Virus record (IMG/VR): IMGVR_UViG_3300031251_000002
Span: 32,001 to 96,000 of that record
DNA from: a virus
Length of the DNA stretch: 64,000 bases
Direction: 5' to 3' (one strand)
Position 1 is the first letter of the stretch. Every line of letters begins with the position of its first letter. The notes under the pieces were generated by a model. It was not told the origin of the DNA and did not search any database. It worked only from the letters and a program-made list of their open reading frames with translations. The position numbers were made by a program, and so were the translations under genes. Of the stretch, positions 30,676 to 39,487 are shown piece by piece.

Positions 30676-30972
30676 ATGGCAACAGTTCTAACTGACTCAC
30701 AGAAGGTTACGGTCGGCCCGGTTTCGGCAGTTGACGCGAAGGGCAACGCGGCTCCGCTCGGCGGCGCTCTCGTTTTCTCGGCGTCGAATGCCAACGTTAC
30801 CCTAGCCCCGTCTGCCGATGGTCTCTCCTGCGATGTCATCGCGGGTTCGACCCTAGGCGACGTTCAGCTATCGGTTACGGACGGCGTTCTCACCGGCACG
30901 GCGGATTTCACCGTCATCGCTGGTGCTGAGGCGTCCCTGTCCCTCCCGGTCGGCGCTCCGGTAGCCCAGTAA
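30676..30972 (+). CDS. Small Ig-like virion-associated protein
   Basis: AAGGAG RBS; beta-rich, DAKGN.AP, ends LPVGAPVAQ. Confidence 0.6.
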   Translation: MATVLTDSQKVTVGPVSAVDAKGNAAPLGGALVFSASNANVTLAPSADGLSCDVIAGSTLGDVQLSVTDGVLTGTADFTVIAGAEASLSLPVGAPVAQ

Positions 30973-30991
30973 GGTTTCTCAGGTAATCTTT

Positions 30992-31027
30992 GGCCCGCCT
31001 GCTCAATTGGGGCGGGCGGGCCTTTTT
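30992..31027 (+). terminator. Intrinsic terminator
   Basis: GGCCCGCCTGCTC/GGGCGGGCGGGCC stem then T5. Confidence 0.75.
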
Positions 31028-31038
31028 ACAGGAACGAA

Positions 31039-31431
31039 ATGGACGCCAAGGCACGAGACAAGGCAGAGAAGCTCATCCGGCTCTCCGCTTCTAATCACCA
31101 GAACGAAGCCGATATGGCTGCGCGCAACGCATGCAAGATCATTCGTGAGAATGGCTTTAGCCTGCATGAGCCAGCCCCGACACGTTCTGCGCCACAGGTC
31201 GTCCGTGAAGTGGTTCGGCAGGTTGTCCGCGTCCCAGACCCCGAGAGCTATGATCGTGGCTATCGAACTGGTTACAGTGAGGGAACGAAGCAGCTTCCCC
31301 CGGTGCCAGAGGTTGATATAGAGAAAGAGCGGGCCGCGTACATGGAGGCCGCACAAGCGGATTCGCGCAAGAAGATGCGCGTTGTCATGGAGCTAATGGC
31401 CCTGTTACGGGAAGAGGACAAGTACACGTAA
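31039..31431 (+). CDS. DUF2786-like N-terminal domain protein
   Basis: KAEKLIRLSAS.HQNEA..AA..A.KII.ENG. Confidence 0.6.
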   Translation: MDAKARDKAEKLIRLSASNHQNEADMAARNACKIIRENGFSLHEPAPTRSAPQVVREVVRQVVRVPDPESYDRGYRTGYSEGTKQLPPVPEVDIEKERAAYMEAAQADSRKKMRVVMELMALLREEDKYT

Positions 31432-32876
31432 TGGATAGCGCAACACTCTGGTATCTCTATCAGAACTACGGATCGAAGGAAGGCCCTCCGATGAGGGCGA
31501 AGCCTCAGATCAAGCAAGGCGTAGAAGCTGATATGAAGAAGGGCGAGTTCACCATCGAGCGATCTGGTGAGACGCCTGACGGCCAGCAGGTTGTGGTGGC
31601 CACTGTTGACCAGCACGTTGCTTTGATCGTGGACAAAGAGATCAAGGACATGTGGGACATCACCAAGCGCGATGCCGCGCTGGCTGTCTTTGATCGCATG
31701 ATTAAGGTCGGCGCTGAGAAGGTTCGTCCGTACTCGGTAGACGCCAAGCCGGTGGACGAAGCACTCCTTCGGAAAGACGACTTGGAGTTGCTGAAGCACC
31801 TCTGGACGACTGCCAAAGAGAGCAACAACGAGTACGAAAAACACCCGGATATCGAGCATGCGGATAAGGTGATTGTTAACCTGAAGTCCCTAGTAGCCGC
31901 GTGTCAGTCGTACGGTTCGTCAGAGTGGCTGAACGCTGCTCAGACGATCCTCGGTCGTTTGGACAGGCAGACAATGATGGCCGTGGACAACCCCCGTTCG
32001 ATGGGGATGAAGAACGGTGGACTACCGAGTACCTACGAGTTCGACCATGTACAGAACTTGCTTCATACGACTATCAAGCTAGCGTGGGATCAGACAGCCC
32101 CCGGCGGTGAGTCTCCGCGCATGTGGGAAGGCTGGAACCGGGATCGGTCCGGCAAGCTCACGCACTCGTCTGGTGCAGTCATCCGTCAGTCGGCTAACCC
32201 TGAGGAGACTGGCAAATGGCTGGTGTACCTACCGGGTAAGGCCATGAAGCCCAAGGCATTCGATACGGTGTCTGACGCTAAGGCGTATGCCCGCAAGAAC
32301 CTCAAGGAGTGGGTGCTTGGCGAGGCATCGTCCATCTACGAGTCACCGACAGGCGAGTGTTACAGAGACGCATATCAGTACGTGAAGGCCCACCCGAACG
32401 CGATGTTGGTGCAGGGGGCTACTCATCCGATTGATGGGGCGAAGCCCGCCTACAACCACGCATGGGCAGAGGATGGCGGGACTGTGATCGAGCCGTGGTG
32501 GGGGCAGACACCGAAGGACAAGTGGTACGCCCACTTCCGGCCTACAGACGTTCACAAGTACAACTCCCATGAGGCAAAGGTCAAGGTGCTTAGCCACAAG
32601 AACTATGGTCCATGGGATGCCGCGGTTGTTGCCGACGATCCTGAGAACGTTCGTCGTGCGATGGTGGGTGAGGCAAAACCTCCTCGTCGTGGACAGGGCG
32701 GGTCAGCCGATAGCCAAGCGGTGAAGGACTTCATTCGCAATCGCGGTCGCATGGGATCAGGCCCCCCACCGCCCGCTGATGGCGTGTGGGAACTTGAGAA
32801 GCTGAAGAAGTGCGATTGTGGCGAGGTCTACTTGAAGGCCGACGCTACGACAGTCTGTCCGAAATGTGGCAAGTGA
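31431..32876 (+). CDS. Third multidomain putative head protein including a papain/transglutaminase-like domain
   Basis: Linkers GVEA, MWEG, LGEA, IYES, VGEA; GECY...VQG...HAWAE...VIEP module; C-terminal zinc ribbon. Confidence 0.7.
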   Translation: MDSATLWYLYQNYGSKEGPPMRAKPQIKQGVEADMKKGEFTIERSGETPDGQQVVVATVDQHVALIVDKEIKDMWDITKRDAALAVFDRMIKVGAEKVRPYSVDAKPVDEALLRKDDLELLKHLWTTAKESNNEYEKHPDIEHADKVIVNLKSLVAACQSYGSSEWLNAAQTILGRLDRQTMMAVDNPRSMGMKNGGLPSTYEFDHVQNLLHTTIKLAWDQTAPGGESPRMWEGWNRDRSGKLTHSSGAVIRQSANPEETGKWLVYLPGKAMKPKAFDTVSDAKAYARKNLKEWVLGEASSIYESPTGECYRDAYQYVKAHPNAMLVQGATHPIDGAKPAYNHAWAEDGGTVIEPWWGQTPKDKWYAHFRPTDVHKYNSHEAKVKVLSHKNYGPWDAAVVADDPENVRRAMVGEAKPPRRGQGGSADSQAVKDFIRNRGRMGSGPPPPADGVWELEKLKKCDCGEVYLKADATTVCPKCGK

Positions 32877-32901
32877 AGATTTTTGAAGGAAACGAGCTAA
32901 C

Positions 32902-33282
32902 ATGGCAACAGTAGACAAGACGATTTCAATCGTAGGTACGCTTCAGTCAGCGGATCTGGTTACTCGGATCAAGCTCGATGACATCATGATGGCGACAGGT
33001 CGCCTGACGAAGCTGTTTGAGTTTGAGGCCACGCTGGCGGCAGCGACGGTCAACCAAGCGGTTAGCCTTCAGGACGCCACGGTGGCGAATTTCGTGTTCG
33101 CTCGCGTAGACGTTGTTGACGGCGGCGATTGTACGATCACTGTTACCCCACAGGGCGGTTCGGCCACAGCCATCGTTTGCAACGGTGGGGAAATCTGGCT
33201 GAACAAGACTGCGATCACAGCGATTACTGTCAGCAGCACATCTGGCGCGAACGTGAAGATCATTGGCGGAGGAATCGCTTAG
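32902..33282 (+). CDS. Probable virion structural protein
   Basis: Beta-rich Thr/Val/Ala composition. Confidence 0.55.
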   Translation: MATVDKTISIVGTLQSADLVTRIKLDDIMMATGRLTKLFEFEATLAAATVNQAVSLQDATVANFVFARVDVVDGGDCTITVTPQGGSATAIVCNGGEIWLNKTAITAITVSSTSGANVKIIGGGIA

Positions 33283-33284
33283 CC

Positions 33285-33749
33285 ATGCCGGGTTATAACA
33301 GGTATAAGCGCAGTGGAGACTGCGTGTTGTGTGGAACATGGCGACAGTCGTTGCATCGGGACCATATCGTTCCTAAGTTCAAAGGCGGTTCCGATGAGCC
33401 AAGCAACTGGCAGTTTATCTGTGCGAATTGTCATGAGGACAAGACGCGCCTTGACTTGAAGGGGAGAAAGCGACCGCCCCGTTCCAAGGAAACCAAGGAA
33501 AAAATTCGTGCTGCTGTCTCTAAACCGCGCAACCTGTCACCGGAACAGCGCAAGAGTATTTCTGAGCGAATGTCAAAACTTCACACCGGTAATCAGTACA
33601 ACGTCGGGAAGAAAAATGGGCCAATGATGCTTTCGCCGGAAGAGCGAGCTAGGCGGGCTGAACATTTACGTAACGTGGCTAAGACGATCAATATAGGCCG
33701 TAAGCGCCCCGATGTGGCAGAACGGAATCGACAGCGTGTTACCCGTTAG
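33285..33749 (+). CDS. HNH homing endonuclease with NUMOD3-like DNA-binding tail
   Basis: CVLCG...HRDHIVPKFKGGSDEPSNWQFICANCHEDKT; SKETKEKI, SPEQRKSIS repeats. Confidence 0.9.
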   Translation: MPGYNRYKRSGDCVLCGTWRQSLHRDHIVPKFKGGSDEPSNWQFICANCHEDKTRLDLKGRKRPPRSKETKEKIRAAVSKPRNLSPEQRKSISERMSKLHTGNQYNVGKKNGPMMLSPEERARRAEHLRNVAKTINIGRKRPDVAERNRQRVTR

Positions 33750-34497
33750 TACGTTTGTTGACACCCTGTTGTTGGAAGGGGTGTTCGATCAAGGGATTTT
33801 GAAAGCCATCTTCATGGCTGGTGGTGCTGGGTCTGGCAAGTCGGCTGTCGCGGCTGACTTGTTTGACATCCCAGACTCTAACGATGTCCGGTATGTCAGC
33901 TTTAGCTCTGGCGGGCTGAAGCTGGTCAACCCGGACAGAGCGTTCGTTCACGGTCTGATCAAGGCGGGGTACGATCCCAAGAAGTTAGCTGACATCCCGG
34001 ACGAGGAGTTTGATCGAGTCATCGGTGGCGACCACCCCGGTCCCGGCACGATTCGGGCGATTGCCAAGCAGCTTGCGGTCAAGGTCTATGACATGAACAA
34101 GGATGGGCGTCTTGGCATGCTGATCGACGGGACCGGCGGCAACCTTCCGAAGATTCAGGGCCAGAAAGAAGACCTTGAGAGCATCGGTTACGACACGTAC
34201 ATGGTGTTTGTTAACACCCGCCTTGAGGTCGCCTTGGCCCGGAACAAGAAACGCTCGCGGGTAGTCAAGGACGAGGTTGTTATCAGTACGTGGCATGAGG
34301 TGCAAGCGAACCTAGAAACTTATCGTTCAATGTTTGGCAGTCACTTCACGATCATTGAAAATTCGGCTGATCAGCGTAACATCACAGCAGCGGCAAACAG
34401 CGCTGTTCGTGGGTTCATGTCGCAGCCGGTTCAGAATCCAATAGGGCAAGAATGGATACAGAACATGACGAAGATTCGCCAGCGGGCGGAGAAATAG
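33712..34497 (+). CDS. P-loop kinase (zeta-toxin/AAA_33-like); start uncertain (33712 or 33736)
   Basis: KAIFMAGGAGSGKS, LVNPD, LIDGTG, GYDTYMVFVNT.LEVALARN..R.R. Confidence 0.85.
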   Translation: MWQNGIDSVLPVSTFVDTLLLEGVFDQGILKAIFMAGGAGSGKSAVAADLFDIPDSNDVRYVSFSSGGLKLVNPDRAFVHGLIKAGYDPKKLADIPDEEFDRVIGGDHPGPGTIRAIAKQLAVKVYDMNKDGRLGMLIDGTGGNLPKIQGQKEDLESIGYDTYMVFVNTRLEVALARNKKRSRVVKDEVVISTWHEVQANLETYRSMFGSHFTIIENSADQRNITAAANSAVRGFMSQPVQNPIGQEWIQNMTKIRQRAEK

Positions 34498-34672
34498 ATT
34501 TCAAGGATTTGGTGGATCTGGTGTTCGGCCTTGCTGTCACAGCCACCTTTGAAGAGCTACGTTACTTCAAGTCACGGATGGAACAGGTCATACTGAAAAC
34601 AAGGGGAGAAACCCCGCTACGTTCACAGCATAAGTCCCGTCCAAAACGGAGCGGGCGAATTTAGGAGAAAAT

Positions 34673-35176
34673 ATGTCTCACGAAAAGATTTGGGTTTGCC
34701 CTCATTGCAACTTCTCACAGATCCAGCTTGGACCCGGCGATCCGCATGCGCTGAACAACGCTCCTGTGCGCCAGTTCATCGAGTACATCTGCCACCACTG
34801 CGGAAACCGCATGACACCTCCGGGCGGTCTATTCACCGAAGGTGGGGCGCGTAACAACGCTGCTCCGGGTGCCGAACTGTCGGCGGCTGGCAAGCTCCTG
34901 TCGATCACCTGCGCTAACTTCGCTCACACTGGGACTGGCACGGCGATTATCACACTCGACGCAGATGCTGAGGATGATGGCTCACACAACGACGGTCTAG
35001 TTGTTAACCTGACCTCTGGCAGCGGCGCGCACATGACAATTCCGGCAACGGCGGTTGTTCCTGCTGGTTCGCGTACGGTCAGCGTTACGGTTACTGGCGT
35101 CGGCGCTGGCACCTCGCTGTTGACTGCGGCGGCTACTGGTAGCGTGAGCAAGACTGTTACGGCTACGGCCACCTAG
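34673..35176 (+). CDS. Zinc ribbon plus Ig-like domain protein
   Basis: CPHC...CHHCG; C-terminal V.LTS.....T.PAT.VVPAG...SVTVTGVGAG. Confidence 0.65.
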   Translation: MSHEKIWVCPHCNFSQIQLGPGDPHALNNAPVRQFIEYICHHCGNRMTPPGGLFTEGGARNNAAPGAELSAAGKLLSITCANFAHTGTGTAIITLDADAEDDGSHNDGLVVNLTSGSGAHMTIPATAVVPAGSRTVSVTVTGVGAGTSLLTAAATGSVSKTVTATAT

Positions 35177-35184
35177 GAGTCCCT

Positions 35185-35589
35185 ATGCCTCCTATTGATA
35201 GCTCTGATATCAAGAAGGATGCGCTGCACAAAGAGCTTGGCGTCCCAACGGATAAGAAGATCCCGGACGCCGAGCTTCAGGCAGCGAAGAACTCTTCTGA
35301 TCCGAAAGAGCGCAAGCGAGCCACCTTTGCCCTCAATGCAAAGAAGTGGAACCACGAATCGGTCACCCGGTTCGTTGATTCACTGGCAGAGGGCGGTTTA
35401 TCAGCGCGAGAGCTAGACATGCAGTCTGGTGACATCACCACTTCCATGTACGGCGGTTCGGCGTCTGAGTGGGCTGCGATGCCAATGACAACGCCTTGTG
35501 ATCGACCGACCTGTGATCATCCCAAGGGGAATCACAAGACTATGAATCTGCACCCCTGCTCCCGGTGTTCGTGCCCCGCTTACATATGA
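35185..35589 (+). CDS. Small multidomain putative head protein
   Basis: ALHKELGVP.DKKIP...RA.FA.NAKKW domain, NHES/LAEG linkers, C-terminal C.H...H...C..C.C module. Confidence 0.7.
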   Translation: MPPIDSSDIKKDALHKELGVPTDKKIPDAELQAAKNSSDPKERKRATFALNAKKWNHESVTRFVDSLAEGGLSARELDMQSGDITTSMYGGSASEWAAMPMTTPCDRPTCDHPKGNHKTMNLHPCSRCSCPAYI

Positions 35590-36011
35590 AGTTTGAAACA
35601 CCACGAATCGCGGCTGAGTGGGCTGGAGCGCCCGTTCCCGGTGGGACGGTTACGCTCAACCCAGCTTTGCGGCAGATGGTTACTGACATCCAGACGTACG
35701 CCATGACGACGTACGGTTGGGAGTTTTTCATCACCTGTCTTCTGCGGACGCCAGCGGAGAACGAGGCCGAGTACAACAACGACGGCCATCACGATCTTGG
35801 CGTCCATGTTATCGGCAATGGCGGAGACATCAGGACGAAGGACCAGAATCCGACCACGGTACAGGCGGTTGCGAACTGGGTTAACCGTCAGTGGACGTAT
35901 GACCCGTCTCGACCGCACTTTCTGGTTGCTCTCTATGAGGGACAGGGCTTCGGTTCTTCGGCCACACACCTCCACATTCAGGTAAACATCCACACCGTAA
36001 TGAACTCATAA
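35586..36011 (+). CDS. Peptidase M15-like endolysin / cell-wall peptidase
   Basis: IT..LRT; H-x6-D (HVIGNGGD); HLHIQ. Confidence 0.75.
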   Translation: MKFETPRIAAEWAGAPVPGGTVTLNPALRQMVTDIQTYAMTTYGWEFFITCLLRTPAENEAEYNNDGHHDLGVHVIGNGGDIRTKDQNPTTVQAVANWVNRQWTYDPSRPHFLVALYEGQGFGSSATHLHIQVNIHTVMNS

Positions 36012-36062
36012 TTCAAGGGGTTTTGGGGAAACTCACGCCTCTCTTGGATTTTTAAGGTGGCT

Positions 36063-36836
36063 ATGTCTAATTTCGACGGCTTCTACGAACACATCCTCGT
36101 TCTGCCGGAACAGGAGTGGAGAAACCAGCTTCGTGAGAACGATGCGCTGGTAGGCCGTCTGCGCGATCACGGTGCCGCTGTCACACCTGACGGTGTTCTT
36201 GTAGTCGAGGCTGAAAGACTTTACCGGGTCACTCTCCTACTACGCGAACACAACCTTACGTGGCGCTTCGATCCTGCCTTTGCCGTCGAGACTGCCTTGA
36301 CCGAGAGCGACCCGGTTACCTTGATGAACAGGATGCTTTACGATCCAGAAGAACCCTATAGCTGGGAAGATCGAAAGCCTCTTAAGTGGTATCCAGAAGG
36401 CGAAGAGATCGAAGACGCCATGGACGACTACGATAAGTCCCTCCCTAACCACGCGGATCAGACGCTTCAGATGCCGCAGGATGGCGTGAAGGCGTCTAAC
36501 GTCGCAGCCAAGGCATTGGATCATGGCTGGCAGGATCCCTCTCTCGCTGCGGTCGGTGAGGGCAAGGAAGGCGCGAAGAAAATCAAGAACGAGGCCGGGA
36601 CCGAATCCACTGATCCGGACTTCAACCCGTGCCCTGCGTACATGGAAGGCTTCTGCCGCGTAGACGGACGAGTATGCCTGTACAACAAAGAAACCTTTGA
36701 GGACTGTCCGAAGTTCAACACTGCTCTGATCATTACCAAAGGCAACATGGCCATCCCTCCGGGTTCGGAGGACGATGAAGATTACGGCGGCGGCGCTTTT
36801 GGCGACAAAGACGATCCGCTAGCGGGTGAGAACTAG
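36063..36836 (+). CDS. Acidic hypothetical protein, probably head-associated
   Basis: Linker-like LTES, VGEG, IKNEA; small Cys cluster. Confidence 0.6.
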   Translation: MSNFDGFYEHILVLPEQEWRNQLRENDALVGRLRDHGAAVTPDGVLVVEAERLYRVTLLLREHNLTWRFDPAFAVETALTESDPVTLMNRMLYDPEEPYSWEDRKPLKWYPEGEEIEDAMDDYDKSLPNHADQTLQMPQDGVKASNVAAKALDHGWQDPSLAAVGEGKEGAKKIKNEAGTESTDPDFNPCPAYMEGFCRVDGRVCLYNKETFEDCPKFNTALIITKGNMAIPPGSEDDEDYGGGAFGDKDDPLAGEN

Positions 36837-37243
36837 TGGCCAGCATTCTTACCAACGATGGTGAGCAGCTTCTTCTGGAATGCTTGCTGGTCGGTCGAGC
36901 CATCCCTGCTACCTATCAGGTTGGCCTGACCAACGCGGTTCTAGTAGTGACTGATAACCTAGCGACAGCCGTGGCTGGTGAACCGTCTGGGTTTGGGTAT
37001 GCCCGAATCACAATGGAGCAGAGCAACGTTGGCTGGGTTACTTCCGCGCTCGATTCCGGGCATTGGAAGATCACCGGGAAGAACGTTACGTGGACTGCCT
37101 CGGGCGGTGCCATCGGCCCGTTCCAGAACGTCTTCCTGACAGACGGGACCATCGTTGTCGGCTTCTGGAATACCACAGCAACCAGTATCCCTGACACTAC
37201 GTCATTTACCTTTACCCCAAGCATCAAAGAGACTTCAGCATGA
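36836..37243 (+). CDS. Virion structural protein
   Basis: GE..LL...YQVGL...EPSG.GYAR...VTWTASGG.IGP; similar in pattern to 47887-48453. Confidence 0.6.
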   Translation: MASILTNDGEQLLLECLLVGRAIPATYQVGLTNAVLVVTDNLATAVAGEPSGFGYARITMEQSNVGWVTSALDSGHWKITGKNVTWTASGGAIGPFQNVFLTDGTIVVGFWNTTATSIPDTTSFTFTPSIKETSA

Positions 37244-37474
37244 ACGGGGCTGCGGTGGTTGTCCGGACCAATCCGTGTGTCCATGGTGAGAGGAGCGCGG
37301 ATTTGTGTAGTTTTTGTCAGGACATCCATCCGCCTGATGCAACGATTCAGGACGAGATGAACGAATTGAGCAAACGTCAACTAATCATTACCGAGAAAGT
37401 GAGTCTGGCTATGCTGCTTCGACGCATTTTTTTAGGCAAGCGGACTGCGCGGGAGATTCCGCAAGGCTTTGGTA

Positions 37475-37708
37475 ATGGAGGGCTTTGAGCGTCAGGGAAC
37501 GGATAGCTGGAACGAGTGGCGCAAGTTCGTACTGAATGAACTGACTCGCTATAGCGGAGCTATCATCACCCTTGACGATAAGATCAACGAACTGAGAATC
37601 GAAGTGGCGATGTTGAAAGTAAAGGCATCCCTGTTCGGATCCTTGGCGGGTCTAGCAACTACGATTCTTCTCCACTTTCTGCTCTCGCTTGTTCCAGTAG
37701 CGAAATGA
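37475..37708 (+). CDS. Holin-like / membrane-anchored coiled-coil protein
   Basis: WNEW..FVL.EL.R coiled coil, LKVKA then TM helix. Confidence 0.5.
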   Translation: MEGFERQGTDSWNEWRKFVLNELTRYSGAIITLDDKINELRIEVAMLKVKASLFGSLAGLATTILLHFLLSLVPVAK

Positions 37709-38091
37709 CCATTCTGGACGATATCGGTCCGTACAGAAGCTCCTCTCCTTCTGTTGTAGAGATCAAGATCGAGCGAGGGATTTTGTGCGTCATGCTGAGT
37801 GGTGAGGTCACGCTGGTCGAAGCTTCGACCGTTAAGAAGATGGTTGCACAAGCAACGGACTCTTCGCTCAAGCCGACTGGCGTCATTCTGGACTTGACCA
37901 AAGCGGGCCACATCTACAGCCCAGCGCTGGGCCGGTTACTGTACCTCCGCAGTCTTTCAGTTCCGGTAACCATTGTTGCTTCACCGGTTCATGTTGCGCT
38001 GCTAGAGAGCCTTGGTCTGACTGCGGTATTCAAGCTGTCTACCACTGTAACAGATGCGATTGCTTATCTGAGGAAACCAGATGCAGTTTGA
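37705..38091 (+). CDS. STAS-domain anti-sigma-factor antagonist (SpoIIAA/RsbV-like)
   Basis: V.LSGEV...A..VK...VILDLT...IYSPALG.LL...LE..GL..VF......DA. Confidence 0.8.
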   Translation: MTILDDIGPYRSSSPSVVEIKIERGILCVMLSGEVTLVEASTVKKMVAQATDSSLKPTGVILDLTKAGHIYSPALGRLLYLRSLSVPVTIVASPVHVALLESLGLTAVFKLSTTVTDAIAYLRKPDAV

Positions 38092-38452
38092 TCGACACTC
38101 TGTTGAAGCGGATCTTTTCCACCTTGGCTGTGATCGAGTCCGGGCTTTCAGCATGTCAGCCGCGATAGCGGAGATTGTTCTGAACGCTGAGGAGCGCAAG
38201 CAGGGCTATGTAATCAGCTATCAGGCTGATGAGACCTACGTGCTGGTGGATGTCATGCACTACAACGCCCTCGCGCCGACGCTGGCGCAGACGCTGCGTA
38301 AGGTCAAGATATCGGCCCCTCGCGGGCGCGGTTACGCAATGGCGCGTTCTTTGGTCAAGGATCTACAGGTCATCGCTGACCGGCCAAAGGCGGGCTTTAC
38401 AGTGCGTTTGCTGGACGACAAGAAGCGCCCCGCTGACGGTGAAATTGTGTAG
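38081..38452 (+). CDS. Anti-sigma factor / GHKL Ser kinase (SpoIIAB/RsbW-like), divergent
   Basis: AIAEIVLNA (N box), GRGYAMARSLV.DL.V, G.TVRL; overlaps the STAS gene. Confidence 0.75.
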   Translation: MQFDRHSVEADLFHLGCDRVRAFSMSAAIAEIVLNAEERKQGYVISYQADETYVLVDVMHYNALAPTLAQTLRKVKISAPRGRGYAMARSLVKDLQVIADRPKAGFTVRLLDDKKRPADGEIV

Positions 38453-38572
38453 TACACCTGAAAAACGGTTTCCTTAGTTTTTCAGGGACTTCGCTTTAGT
38501 AACGCCACATCTTGTGCATTCTTATCGTAGGGACACTGTAACCATCGTTTTGATTGATTAGGAGACATCTCC

Positions 38573-38851
38573 ATGTCAGGTCTTGCTTTCGATATTCAGG
38601 AAATCCCAGTTAAGCTAGATACCCTAGATGCTACTGACCCAGTAGATCGTAATCTTCAGGGTTGCCGCAGCCTATCGGCTGGAATCGCTTCCGTTCTACG
38701 GGCGATTGAGGCTCCGGGCACCGGCAAGTTCTTCCGTCCTACCCACATTGCTGCGGCCAATCAGGCTACGTACGAGACGTACGTTGGCAACGCAATGAGC
38801 GCGGTGACGGATCTTCTCACGGCTCTAGCGGCGATTGCAGTTCAGTCCTAA
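38573..38851 (+). CDS. Hypothetical protein, first gene of the head module
   Basis: AGGAG RBS, 92 aa. Confidence 0.65.
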   Translation: MSGLAFDIQEIPVKLDTLDATDPVDRNLQGCRSLSAGIASVLRAIEAPGTGKFFRPTHIAAANQATYETYVGNAMSAVTDLLTALAAIAVQS

Positions 38852-38857
38852 GCTATC

Positions 38858-39487
38858 TTGAACTTCAAGACAGCACTGGCGGTTCTGGTGGTGGGTCTGG
38901 CCTCTGCTTACGCGGAGGCCCAGACTGCCACGCCTACACCGTCTAAGACGCCAACGCCGACCAATACATTCACGGCGACGAACACTTTCACGCCGTCGAA
39001 TACACCGACCGTTACGGCTCGTAGGCCCATCTTCCCGTACACGCCTTCGATCACCCCGGTTCTCTCCGCTACGCCTACGCCAACTGTTACGAATACGGCA
39101 ACAGTGACGAATACACCAACCAAGACATTTACTCCGACTTTGACTTGGACGGCTCGTCCTCAGTTCCCGGCGCTGACCTTTACGAACACGCCGACAGCTT
39201 CCAAGACGCCAACGGTTACATTGACTGTCACACCGACAGCAACGTTTACGAAGACGTATACCCCGCTCCCGGTGTATACGCCAACCGTTCGTCAGCCACT
39301 CCCATCGTGGACCCCAAGCAGCACGGCTACCAACACCCGGACGTTCACGAACACACGGACGAGTACACCGACATTTACGCCGACCACGACCGCGACCCGG
39401 ACCGGGACGCCAACGAAGCGTCCGTCCCCGACGATCACTAAGACGGCAACCCCGACGAATACACCAACGAAGACCCCAACACCATAG
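38858..39487 (+). CDS. Secreted mucin-like Thr/Pro protein
   Basis: Signal peptide ending AEA-Q; remainder almost entirely TPT repeats. Confidence 0.7.
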   Translation: MNFKTALAVLVVGLASAYAEAQTATPTPSKTPTPTNTFTATNTFTPSNTPTVTARRPIFPYTPSITPVLSATPTPTVTNTATVTNTPTKTFTPTLTWTARPQFPALTFTNTPTASKTPTVTLTVTPTATFTKTYTPLPVYTPTVRQPLPSWTPSSTATNTRTFTNTRTSTPTFTPTTTATRTGTPTKRPSPTITKTATPTNTPTKTPTP

